This document shows, piece after piece, positions 46,223 to 54,989 of a stretch of DNA of 64,000 nt. The position numbers and the translations under genes are program-made. Under the pieces are notes generated by a model. That model was not told where the DNA came from, did no database searches, and saw only the letters and a program-made list of their open reading frames with translations. How positions within the stretch are numbered: position 1 is the stretch's first letter; each line of letters begins with the position of its first letter. This stretch comes from Acidobacteriota bacterium (lineage in GTDB: Bacteria > Acidobacteriota > UBA890 > WLXD01), in contig CAXWPL010000005.1 in assembly GCA_963666215.2 (NCBI GenBank), positions 1,115,818 through 1,179,817 on the forward strand, in the 5' to 3' direction.

Positions 46223-47814
46223 GGAGCGGAATCGATTGCGGGTGTTTGCACACTCGCGGCGGACTCGAGATTGTCGACGGTGTCGGAGCTCTCCCCTCGC
46301 TCGAAATCCTCGAGAGTCTGAGCGATTGCCGCCCGAATGTCGTCGAGCGCCATTTGCATGCGATCCATGTGAGTCCGCATCGAAACGACGCAAACACGAA
46401 TGACGAAGGCTCCATCGAGCAACGTGGCTGTGAGGTACACCCGCCCGCGCGCGTTGATGCGGGCCATGAGGTCGCGATTGAGCCCGTTGAGCACTCCGAG
46501 CGAGGCCCGATCACTGCCGTCGATCCCTGGTGGGACCAGGCGCCACGCGGTGACCGTGACCTGAGGAGCCGCAACGATCTCGACGTGGTCGGTCTCCGTC
46601 AGCCGCGCCGCGATCCAGTCGCTGAGGTCTAACTTCTCGTCGAGGGCTGCTCGGAAAGAGCCGAGGCCGTATAACTTCATCGGCAGCCAGACGCGGAGGC
46701 CGCGGAAGCCGCGCGAGAGCTCGGGCGAGATCTCGCAAAAATCGACCAGGTCGGGGTCGTCTTGAATCGTCGGCATATAGTCGGCACTCACCGAATGAGC
46801 GCGCCGCAGAGCCTCGCCATCACGCACCAGCAGGCAGCCCGATCCATACGGCAAGAAAAGCGTCTTGTGCGAGTCGAGCACGAGCGAGTCGGCTCGTTCG
46901 AGACCTTGCAAGAAATTGCGGCCACGTTCGGTCATCGCGAAAAAGCCGCCGTACGACGCGTCAACATGCAGCCAGAGACTCTCGGCAGCCGCCAGATCGG
47001 CAAGCTCGGGCAGCGGATCGACGGCGCCAGAGTTGGTCGTGCCGGCGTTGCCAACAATGAGGAAGGGCTGCCAGCCATCGGCGCGGTCGCGCGCGATCGC
47101 TTCGGCCATCGCGCCGGCGTGCGCACGAAAAGCCTCGTCGCTGGGGACCGATCGTACGTTCCCGGGCGGGAACCCTGCGAGCATCGCGGCCTTGAGCACC
47201 GAGTGGTGAGTTTGGTCGGAAACGTAAATCGTGCCGCGCAGAAAATCGTCGGGCAAGCGCTCGCGCCGTGCCGTGGCGATGCCCGAGAAGTTGGCGAGCG
47301 ACCCGCCGGAGGTCAGAAAACCGCGTGCCTCGGGCGGATAGCCGACGATCTCGCCGAACCAGCGCACGACGTTGGCCTCCAGCTGCGCCAGTGCGGGGGC
47401 GGCGGCGAACACACCCACGTAACGGTTGACCGCGTCGGCGATGAAGGCGGCTAGCGCCGAGGCGAACAGGCCTCCCCCGGGAATGTAGGCGAGGTACCCG
47501 GGCGACGCCGTGTTGAACGACTTGGGGATCGCACGGTCGAAAAGAAGCTCGAGCAGCGGGCCCAGATCGGATCCGAGCTCAGGAACCGACTCGCGGAGCG
47601 CGCGCGCCACCTCCTCTGCGCCATCGACGTTGGCAGCGCGCTGCTCGCCGAGTGACGCGATGTGCGGCAGCACACGGGCGACGGCGGTGTCGACGAGACA
47701 GCGCATCTCCTCGAGATCGGGCTCGAGCGCGTCCCAGCCACGACCGGCTGGAGGCGACCGTTCGCCCTCGTCTGTTTCGCCCGCCACACCGGCGGCAACC
47801 GTGGCCTCTCGCAT
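46219..47814 (-). CDS. group II pyridoxal-dependent decarboxylase
   Basis: FLTSGGSLANF, VSDQTHHSV, LHVDASYGGF and LDSHKTLFLPYG (PLP lysine) are present. Confidence 0.85.
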   Translation of the reverse strand: MREATVAAGVAGETDEGERSPPAGRGWDALEPDLEEMRCLVDTAVARVLPHIASLGEQRAANVDGAEEVARALRESVPELGSDLGPLLELLFDRAIPKSFNTASPGYLAYIPGGGLFASALAAFIADAVNRYVGVFAAAPALAQLEANVVRWFGEIVGYPPEARGFLTSGGSLANFSGIATARRERLPDDFLRGTIYVSDQTHHSVLKAAMLAGFPPGNVRSVPSDEAFRAHAGAMAEAIARDRADGWQPFLIVGNAGTTNSGAVDPLPELADLAAAESLWLHVDASYGGFFAMTERGRNFLQGLERADSLVLDSHKTLFLPYGSGCLLVRDGEALRRAHSVSADYMPTIQDDPDLVDFCEISPELSRGFRGLRVWLPMKLYGLGSFRAALDEKLDLSDWIAARLTETDHVEIVAAPQVTVTAWRLVPPGIDGSDRASLGVLNGLNRDLMARINARGRVYLTATLLDGAFVIRVCVVSMRTHMDRMQMALDDIRAAIAQTLEDFERGESSDTVDNLESAASVQTPAIDSAP

Positions 47815-47843
47815 GAGGCCGTATCTTCTACTATTGCCTGATC

Positions 47844-48572
47844 ATGTGTGGTCGCTTCACTCTCCGCTCGCCCGCCAACATCCTCGCCGACTACTTCGGC
47901 CTCGACTCGCTCTCCGAGATGGTGCCGCGCTACAACATCGCGCCCACGCAGCCGGTCGGCACGATTGACGTCGACGGTGCGGAAGACGGTAGGCGCCAAT
48001 GGAGGGAGCGCCGCTGGGGGCTGATTCCCCACTGGGCCGACGACGCCAAGATCGGCAGTCGCATGATCAACGCGCGTGCCGAAACGGTTGACAGTCTGCC
48101 GGCGTTCCGCGACAGCTTCCGGCAGCGGCGCTGCGTGGTGCCGGCCGATGGGTTCTACGAGTGGCAGCGAATCGACGATGGCGGTGGCGGCCGCTCGAGT
48201 AACAGGCGGCAGCCGTACTTCCTTCATCTCGCCGACGAGCAGCCCTTCGCCATCGCCGGGCTGTGGGCCAGCTGGCGTAACCGGCGCAAGGACACCCGTG
48301 TCGAGTCCTGCACACTGATCACCGTGCCCGCCAATGAACGTGTAGCCGAGATCCACGGTCGCATGCCGGCCATCCTCGAGCGACAGTCGATCGAGGCTTG
48401 GCTCAACCCGGAAACGCCCTCGAGCACCCTGCTCGACCTGCTACAACCGTGTCGAGCCGACCGCATCGAAACGCGTCCGGTGAGCGCGCTGGTGAACAGT
48501 CCGCACAACGAATCGGCGGCATGCGTCGATTCGGTTACTGCCGCACCGCGGCCTCTCCGCCTGTTCGACTGA
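47844..48572 (+). CDS. SOS-response-associated peptidase (SRAP/YedK family, abasic-site processing)
   Basis: The N-terminal MCGRF (catalytic Cys2) is present, with RYNIAPTQ, MINARAET and DGFYEW. Confidence 0.9.
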   Translation: MCGRFTLRSPANILADYFGLDSLSEMVPRYNIAPTQPVGTIDVDGAEDGRRQWRERRWGLIPHWADDAKIGSRMINARAETVDSLPAFRDSFRQRRCVVPADGFYEWQRIDDGGGGRSSNRRQPYFLHLADEQPFAIAGLWASWRNRRKDTRVESCTLITVPANERVAEIHGRMPAILERQSIEAWLNPETPSSTLLDLLQPCRADRIETRPVSALVNSPHNESAACVDSVTAAPRPLRLFD

Positions 48573-48760
48573 GCTGACCAGCCCGGCCCCCCGGCAGGTC
48601 GTGGTGTCCGAACGGCGATGCCATCGGAGCGCGCTTCTGGACGCGTCCGTCCGCGCTCGCCGAGCTCGAGCACTTTTCGGATTGTCTCGGCCTCGAATCG
48701 ACGTCTACGCTGCGTATCAGCCCGCAACGGAGACCCGTCACCTGTCCAGTGACCTGCGCT

Positions 48761-49774
48761 ATGCATGAACTCGAGCTATTCGCGACCTGCCCGGAATCCG
48801 CCGAGGACGACACCGACTCGTACTTCCGAGCGGTCGTCGACGCGGCCCGGATGAGCGAAGAGACTGGTCACGCCGGCTTTCTCATCGGCGCCGGCTACCA
48901 CCTGCCCGATCCCTGGCTCGTGGCTCAGGTGGTACTCCAGCACACGGAGCACATTCGCCCGATGATCACGGTACAGCCGGGGAACGAGCCTCCCTGGGCC
49001 GTGGCAAACCGCGTCGCTTCGTTGGCGAGACTGCACCAGAGGGGCGTTCACCTGCATCTCACCGCCGGAGGGCTGTGCGAGCACGGTACATCGCCGAGCG
49101 ACCCGCTCAATCGCGAGGCACGTTACGACCGCCTCGTCGAGTTCGGCACCATCGTGCGGCAGCTACTGACCGACTCGGAGGCCACCGTGTACGAGGGCTC
49201 ATTCTACCAACTGTCGCATCCGAGCCTGGCCGCGAACATTCCGATTGACCTGCACCCCGAGTTCTTCATGGCGGCAAGCTCACGGACCGGCAAGCGCGCA
49301 ACGCTGACGCTTCACGCAACCTCCATCGAATTGCCCACCATCGGGTCGCCTCGACCAACCGACGAGCCCGCGGACGCCTCAACGATGCGCGTGGGTGTGG
49401 TGGCGCGCGACACCGAAGCAGGTGCGTGGGATGTCGCTCATCGCCGCTTCCCGACCCACGGAGCCACTCGCGTGCACCGCCGACTCGCGGCCACCCTCAG
49501 TGACTCGGCTTGGCTCCGACAACTCGCTGAGCTCGGTCACGACGAGGGGAATCAGACGCTCTGGATGACGCCGTTCGAGAGCGGCCACAGCTGGTGCCCG
49601 TATCTGGTCGGCGACTACCGTGCCGTCGCGCGGCACCTACGAGGCTTCATGGAGGCCGGCTGCCGCCGCTTCCTGCTCGACGTAATTCCCTCGCGCGACG
49701 ATCTGGCCCACACCCACATCGCCTTCCGCAAGGCGTGGGCGCGACTCGACTCACCGCTCACCATCACCGGCTAG
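48761..49774 (+). CDS. luciferase-like (LLM class) flavin-dependent oxidoreductase
   Basis: The TIM-barrel LLM pattern is present (FLIGAGYHLPDPWLVAQVV ... ITVQPG ... ASLARLHQRGVHLHLTAGG). The likely ATG start is at 48761. Confidence 0.7.
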   Translation: MHELELFATCPESAEDDTDSYFRAVVDAARMSEETGHAGFLIGAGYHLPDPWLVAQVVLQHTEHIRPMITVQPGNEPPWAVANRVASLARLHQRGVHLHLTAGGLCEHGTSPSDPLNREARYDRLVEFGTIVRQLLTDSEATVYEGSFYQLSHPSLAANIPIDLHPEFFMAASSRTGKRATLTLHATSIELPTIGSPRPTDEPADASTMRVGVVARDTEAGAWDVAHRRFPTHGATRVHRRLAATLSDSAWLRQLAELGHDEGNQTLWMTPFESGHSWCPYLVGDYRAVARHLRGFMEAGCRRFLLDVIPSRDDLAHTHIAFRKAWARLDSPLTITG

Positions 49775-49811
49775 CGGGCTCACGCTGGCCGCCTGCCGGC
49801 CCGATTTCGGT

Positions 49812-50852
49812 CTATTGCGGGCGTAGAGCCGTGGCTGCGGCCGCGACAACGGCAGCGGTCACGCCGAGCAGGCCTTCGTCGAGCTGCAGATACGATTCCT
49901 CGCGGCTCAGCTCGCCCGGGTCGAGGCGCTCGAGCATGACGACGTAGACGATCACGTCGTCGCCTTTCTCCCAGAACCCGGTATTGATGCGTACTTGCGG
50001 GTCGCTCGTGAGAGAGCCTCCCTTGGCGTACTGGCGGCCGAGCTCCGGATCGTCACCGGCACGGAGGATCTCTCGCATCGGTTCGTAGAGAGCCGGGTCG
50101 ATCCCGGGGATGTTGCCCGCCGCGATCCCCCGTAGAACAGCGGCAAGCCCTCGCGCTGTCGCCTCGTTGTCGCCGGTGACGTGGCGAGCAGCGAGCATGT
50201 AGCGGCGCGACGCCAGGCCTGCCGCCCACTCCGGAGACCGAGCCCGGAGCCGTTCGGTAACTCGCTCCGGGCCACCGAGAGCAGCCGTCACAACGTTAGC
50301 GGCTGCGTTGTAGACAACATTGGGCACATCATCGCCGCGAATCATCGTGCGCGCGATCTGCCGAGTATCCGCAAACTCGAGGTGACTCTTGATTTCCGCC
50401 CGTTGGGCGTCGTCGAAATGCACCACGGCAGGATGACTGGCGTCGTTGACGACCGATGCAACGATGTCGAGCCGCTGGTCGAGCCCCATCTCGAGCCCGG
50501 CGTCGTCGGCCGTGCGCCCGACCATGTCGAACAACTCGACCATATAAGCCGACTTGATCGCACTCGCGGATGCTCGCCAGACATCCGCGTTGCGCTCATA
50601 CCAGGCCTCGTCCTCGACGCCACCGACCCACACACTGACCTCGATGCCCGACTGGTAGCCGGCGAGAATCGTCGCGATCTCGGCGTCGAGCGTAGCGGCG
50701 TCGCCCGTCGTGGAGTTGAGGCGCGGCGCGGCAGGGTCGGGAGTTGCTGGGATTGGCGGCGCCTGCGCGGTGCCGCAGCCAACCAGGAACGCCGCGCACA
50801 CCGAGCCAAGTACGGCGGAACAACTTGCCCTTGTGAGTTGGCTCGCCGGCAC
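49812..50852 (-). CDS. class-A-beta-lactamase-related serine hydrolase, lipoprotein
   Basis: The lipobox is AAFLVGCG. An S-x-x-K motif (SASAIKS) and a KGGS motif (KTG-like) are present. Confidence 0.65.
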   Translation of the reverse strand: MPASQLTRASCSAVLGSVCAAFLVGCGTAQAPPIPATPDPAAPRLNSTTGDAATLDAEIATILAGYQSGIEVSVWVGGVEDEAWYERNADVWRASASAIKSAYMVELFDMVGRTADDAGLEMGLDQRLDIVASVVNDASHPAVVHFDDAQRAEIKSHLEFADTRQIARTMIRGDDVPNVVYNAAANVVTAALGGPERVTERLRARSPEWAAGLASRRYMLAARHVTGDNEATARGLAAVLRGIAAGNIPGIDPALYEPMREILRAGDDPELGRQYAKGGSLTSDPQVRINTGFWEKGDDVIVYVVMLERLDPGELSREESYLQLDEGLLGVTAAVVAAAATALRPQ

Positions 50853-52117
50853 TCAGCTCGCCCCGTGATAGCGACGGGAAGCGTCGCCGCTCTGGCCCTG
50901 GCCCTCGAGTGGCGGGCCCTCTGGTGGCCAGCGCCCCGACTCGAAGTCGAGCCAGCGCGCAAACAAAGCGTTGGAGTAGTCCAGCATCAGCTTGTCACCC
51001 TCTTCGAGGGTTCGGACGGTCTCCACGAGCACCCTGGGATAGCCGCCGCGGGCCACCGTGATGAGCTCGATGGCGCCGTCGTAGGCCGCTTGGTAGTCGG
51101 TGGCGACGAAACGCACCGTGTCGTCGGCGTAGTCGATGCCAGGAACGCCGTCGAGCATCGCGAGGCTCGCTGGCGCCACCACGCGCACGGCGGCATCGAT
51201 GGGCGTGGTGAGCGTCATGGCTCGAGCGGCAGCGCGATTGCCGATCGCCCGTGCGGCGGCACCTTGCATCTCCGCGTGAACCTCTTCGACGGGTCGCAGC
51301 GCTGCACTCGAGGCGCTGGTGGCCGTCTTCACCGTGACGAATTCGAGCCACGGCATCGTGGCCACGTCGGCGGCAAGCCGATCGTCGCCGGAGCCGAGAT
51401 CACCGGCACCCCGACGCGACCCCACGAGTAACCCATGATCTCGGTCTCGGTGATCTCCATGCCGTTCATTTCAATCGCGATGCCCAGCGTGTAGGTGTGC
51501 GAGGCAAACCCACCACTCCCCGTCTTGGCGTGCATGCCCACCACAGCAACCGCGTCGTAGACCCCCGGTTCGACCAGGTCGACATACTGACGGAAGGGGG
51601 TTTCTCGAAAGACCATTTGCGCGCGAGCGTCGAGCTCGTCGAGCAGCAGATCGGGCTCCGGGTTGCCGCTGCCGTGCGCGTCGACGACATGAACCTCATC
51701 GGCGCCGCCCTGATAGAGCCCCGCGATCACCGCGTTCACGTCGTCGGTGAGATAGCGGCGGCCCCTGACATACTTGTCGGGGTGGGAATATCGGAAGGTC
51801 TCGGTGTCGTCCTGGCCGGCCAGCCCTTCCATGTCGTGGTAGACGAGCACGCGCAACACGCCGTCATCGTCGCTGGCGGGATCGAACAGGGCCCGTCCCG
51901 ACTCCTGCTCGAGCCCGGTCGCCCCGTCCGGGACCTCCGATGTATCCGACGACCCGGGCTGGTTTGATGCGAGCTCCACCACGGTCTCGGGCGCGCAGGC
52001 CGAACTGAACCCGGCCATCAGTGCGAGAGCCGCGACCGCGACCCGCCGCGCCGACGTGGCGTCAGCTCGGTCCGCACCTCGCCGGAGAGCGTTAGCGGCG
52101 CTATTCGTTCGCGGCAC
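50853..52117 (-). pseudogene. M55-family (DppA-like D-aminopeptidase) lipoprotein with a 1-nt frameshift near 51396-51400
   Basis: Track ORF 51329..52117 reads LVYHDMEGLAG ... HVVDAHGSGN ... GMHAKTGSGGFASHTYT ... GYSWGRVGVPVI and then loses homology. Track ORF 50853..51425 continues GSGDDRLAADVATMPWLEFVTVKTA... Inserting one C (ATC-CTC-GGC) joins them. The N-terminus carries lipobox LMAGFSSAC. Confidence 0.7.
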
Positions 52118-52570
52118 GTCGTTGAATCTCCTTGTCGAGGCTCGAGAGCGCCTGCTTGGTCAGCATGCGCCCAGTGGTCTCGAGCAGTCGTTGCCCCAGT
52201 CCCGCGATGCGACCGCCGATCTGCACTTCGACGGCGTAGCGCATCAAGGTCGCCTCGGCTTCGCTTTCCCGTCGTCAACCGCTTCGAGCCGAATCTCGCC
52301 CTCTCCTTCCATGAACCCAACCGGGCCCCGACCCGACATCTTCATGCGATACGACTCCGGTGCGCGCAGCTCCGAGAGCGCCACGCCGCCCTCGAACTTG
52401 CCCTGCACCGGACCGATGCGCATCCCTAGCGACCCCGAGTACTCGTTCTCCGCCGTCTGCTCGAGCTTGCCGAAGCCCGGCAGCGTGGAGCCCAAAACCT
52501 CGGGATCGAGCAACGCCTCCCAAACCCTCCGGCGTGGCGCCTCGAATCGATGTTGCCCGCCGATCTTCAT
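52101..52570 (-). pseudogene. CoxG/SRPBCC-family protein with a frameshift near 52255-52270
   Basis: MKIGGQHRFEAPRRRVWEALLDPEVL...GFMEGEGEIRLEAVDDGKAK stops prematurely (track ORF 52244..52687). The next frame continues AEATLMRYAVEVQIGGRIAGLGQRLLETTGRMLTKQALSSLDKEIQRRAANE to TAG at 52103-52101. Confidence 0.65.
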
Positions 52571-52588
52571 GGCCGCGCATGTTAGTCG

Positions 52589-53929
52589 ATGCCGTACACT
52601 CGGGCACCGATGAGGGTCAAACCCCTCTACCGCATCGATGAGCGCCCACCAACATGGTGGGAGTCGCTGCTGTACGGCTGGCAGCACACGCTGGTCGACA
52701 TCTCGCCTTTCGTGCTGCCGCTGGCGGTCGCCGGAGCGCTCGGAATGAACGCCAGCGAGCGCGCCGAGCTGATCAACTTCTCCCTCGTCGGGATGGGACT
52801 CGCGACGCTCATCCAGACGACGATCGGCAACCGCCTGCCCATCATCCAGGGGCCGTCGGCGACGCTCATCGGCACCCTGGCGCCGGTGGCGGGACAGCTG
52901 GGGGCGCCGGCGATGTGGGGCGGTGTGTTCCTCGGTGCCCTGGCCGAGACGGCGATCGGCGCTTCCAGGACACTAGGCTCGCTGCGACGGCTCTTCCCGC
53001 CAGTGGTATCCGGCGTGGTCATCCTGAGTATCGGACTCTCGCTCGGCCAGCTCGCGGTAAGGCTTTCGGTAGGCGACGGATCGAGCGCCAACTTCGCCTT
53101 CGCGGCGGCCGTCATCACGCTGGTTCTGTTGCTTCAGGTTGGCGGGCGCAACGTGCTCGGCGGCATCCTGTCGCGCGCGGCGATCTTCATCGTTATCTGG
53201 ACGGTCGGCCTCGGTGTTGGCGGCCTGCTGGGCAAGGTTGATTGGGCGCTCGTGTCCGCGAAACCCTGGTTCCAGCTGCCGCGGCTGTTTCCGTACGGCG
53301 GCCCCGGCTTCGGCTGGGAGCTCGGATTCGCCGCAACCCTCGCCGTCTTCGCGGGTTTCTTCGGCTCGATGGTCGAGTCGATTGGCGACTATGTCGCCAC
53401 CTGCTCGGTGGCCGGCGAGCGCTTCGAAAACCGCCACATGAACCGCGGGATCTTCGCCGAGGGTCTGGGTTGTCTGCTCGCCGCCTGCCTCGGCGACCTG
53501 CCGTGCACGAGCTACACGCAGAACGTCGGCATCATCGCGACGACCCGCGTGGCGAGTCGTCACGTCGTCCGGGTCGCCGCGCTGATACTGCTCGCCTATG
53601 GACTCTGTCCAAAATTCGGCGCGCTGCTCGTCGCCATGCCGAGGCCGGTGCTCGGCGGCGTGTTCGTGATCGTCTGCGCCATGATCTGCGCCACCGGGAT
53701 TCGCATTCTCGCTCCGGCGCTCGAGAGCACGGCGAGCCAACTGACGGTCGGCGTCACGCTGGTGCTCAGCGTGTGCCTGCCGCTCTATGTGCAGAGCCGC
53801 CTGGGTCCAGACTGGCTGCAAACGCTACCCGATCTCGCGAGCCTGCTGCTGACGAATGCCGTTGTCCTGGCGGTGCTGACGGCGGTCGGGCTCAACGCAC
53901 TGCTCGGCGAGCACGAACCCCACGCCTAG
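52589..53929 (+). CDS. NCS2-family nucleobase (xanthine/uracil-type) permease
   Basis: LYGWQHTLV, PIIQGPSA and GDYVATCSV...NRGIFAEGLGCLLA...TSYTQNVGII are present, with about 12-14 TM helices. The stop TAG lies inside the IS target duplication. Confidence 0.85.
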   Translation: MPYTRAPMRVKPLYRIDERPPTWWESLLYGWQHTLVDISPFVLPLAVAGALGMNASERAELINFSLVGMGLATLIQTTIGNRLPIIQGPSATLIGTLAPVAGQLGAPAMWGGVFLGALAETAIGASRTLGSLRRLFPPVVSGVVILSIGLSLGQLAVRLSVGDGSSANFAFAAAVITLVLLLQVGGRNVLGGILSRAAIFIVIWTVGLGVGGLLGKVDWALVSAKPWFQLPRLFPYGGPGFGWELGFAATLAVFAGFFGSMVESIGDYVATCSVAGERFENRHMNRGIFAEGLGCLLAACLGDLPCTSYTQNVGIIATTRVASRHVVRVAALILLAYGLCPKFGALLVAMPRPVLGGVFVIVCAMICATGIRILAPALESTASQLTVGVTLVLSVCLPLYVQSRLGPDWLQTLPDLASLLLTNAVVLAVLTAVGLNALLGEHEPHA

Positions 53930-53930
53930 C
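53925..53930. repeat. left copy of the 6-bp target-site duplication CCTAGC
   Basis: It is identical to the hexamer at 54974-54979, immediately outside the IS inverted repeats. Confidence 0.8.
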
Positions 53931-54973
53931 TGTGTTTTCTAAGTAGGTTGTTCACATCGGGGCTCACTTCTGAGATCAATGGGGTTGTTCAAAAGACTCC
54001 ACGACCTCAGAAGGAGCGCCCGATGCAGCTGCATGGTAACGCCCGCACGACGCCGTATATACGCCGAGAGATGGTCCGCCGAGTCCGGGAGCGGGCGGAG
54101 CCCGTGACGGAAACGGCGGCGGCGCTCGGCGTGTCGGCTCGAACGGTTTACAAGTGGCTGGATAGATACGAGCGAGAAGGTGAGGCCGGGCTGCTCGATC
54201 GATCAAGCCGGCCGACGTGCTGTCCGCACGCAACAAGCGCTGGAGTTGTGAGGCAGATCGACAAGCTACGTCGGCGGCGACTGACGGCCTGGCAGATCAG
54301 CCGAAGGTTGGCTGTGCCGCGCTCGACCGTCTCGGCGTGGCTGAAGCGGCTCGGACTCGCCAAGCTTGATGCGCTCGAGCCCAAGCCCGAGATCGTTCGC
54401 TACGAGTACGAGCACCCCGGTGACCTACTGCACCTGGATACGAAGAAACTGGCCCGTATCCGGCGACCTGGACACCGCATCCACGGCGACCGCTCCAAGC
54501 GGGCCTACGGCGTCGGCTGGGAGAACGCCCACGTCGCTATCGACGATCACTCTCGGGTGGCGTACGTCGAAGTGCTGCCCGCCGAAGACCAACACACCTG
54601 CACAGCGTTCCTGCAGCGAGCCGTCGAGCACTTCGCTTCGATGGGAGTAGCGGTGCGCCGAGTGATGACAGACAACGGGCCTGGCTACGTCTCGAAGCGC
54701 TTCAATCGCCTATGCCATCAACTCGAGATCCGGCACATTTACACCCGGCCCTACACCCCCAGAACCAACGGCAAAGCCGAACGCTTCATCCGCACACTCA
54801 AGGAGCAGTGGGCCTACGGCACCTGCTACCAGACCTCAGCTCGACGTACTCGAGCTCTACGGCCCTGGCTCAACCACTACAATCGTCACCGTCCCCACGC
54901 CGGCATCGGCATGACACCGCCGATCGCTCGGCTCTCAGGGGTGAGTTCGTGAACAACCTACCTAGAACTCACA
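53931..54973 (+). mobile_element. IS481-family insertion sequence, complete (1043 bp)
   Basis: The 25-bp terminal inverted repeats are TGTGTTTTCTAAGTAGGTTGTTCAC (53931-53955) and the reverse complement of 54949-54973 (22/25 match). There is a single DDE transposase ORF whose stop lies in the right IR. The element is flanked by CCTAGC direct repeats (NCTAGN is the classic IS481 target). Confidence 0.85.
54023..54952 (+). CDS. IS481-family DDE transposase
   Basis: ATG at 54023 follows GAAGGAG. The N-terminal HTH is ETAAALGVSARTVYKWLDRY. The catalytic region is HLDTKKL ... IDDHSRVAYVE ... TNGKAERFIRTL. Confidence 0.9.
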   Translation: MQLHGNARTTPYIRREMVRRVRERAEPVTETAAALGVSARTVYKWLDRYEREGEAGLLDRSSRPTCCPHATSAGVVRQIDKLRRRRLTAWQISRRLAVPRSTVSAWLKRLGLAKLDALEPKPEIVRYEYEHPGDLLHLDTKKLARIRRPGHRIHGDRSKRAYGVGWENAHVAIDDHSRVAYVEVLPAEDQHTCTAFLQRAVEHFASMGVAVRRVMTDNGPGYVSKRFNRLCHQLEIRHIYTRPYTPRTNGKAERFIRTLKEQWAYGTCYQTSARRTRALRPWLNHYNRHRPHAGIGMTPPIARLSGVSS

Positions 54974-54979
54974 CCTAGC
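54974..54979. repeat. right copy of the 6-bp target-site duplication CCTAGC
   Basis: See the left copy at 53925-53930. Confidence 0.8.
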
Positions 54980-54989
54980 CAGGTGCGGG

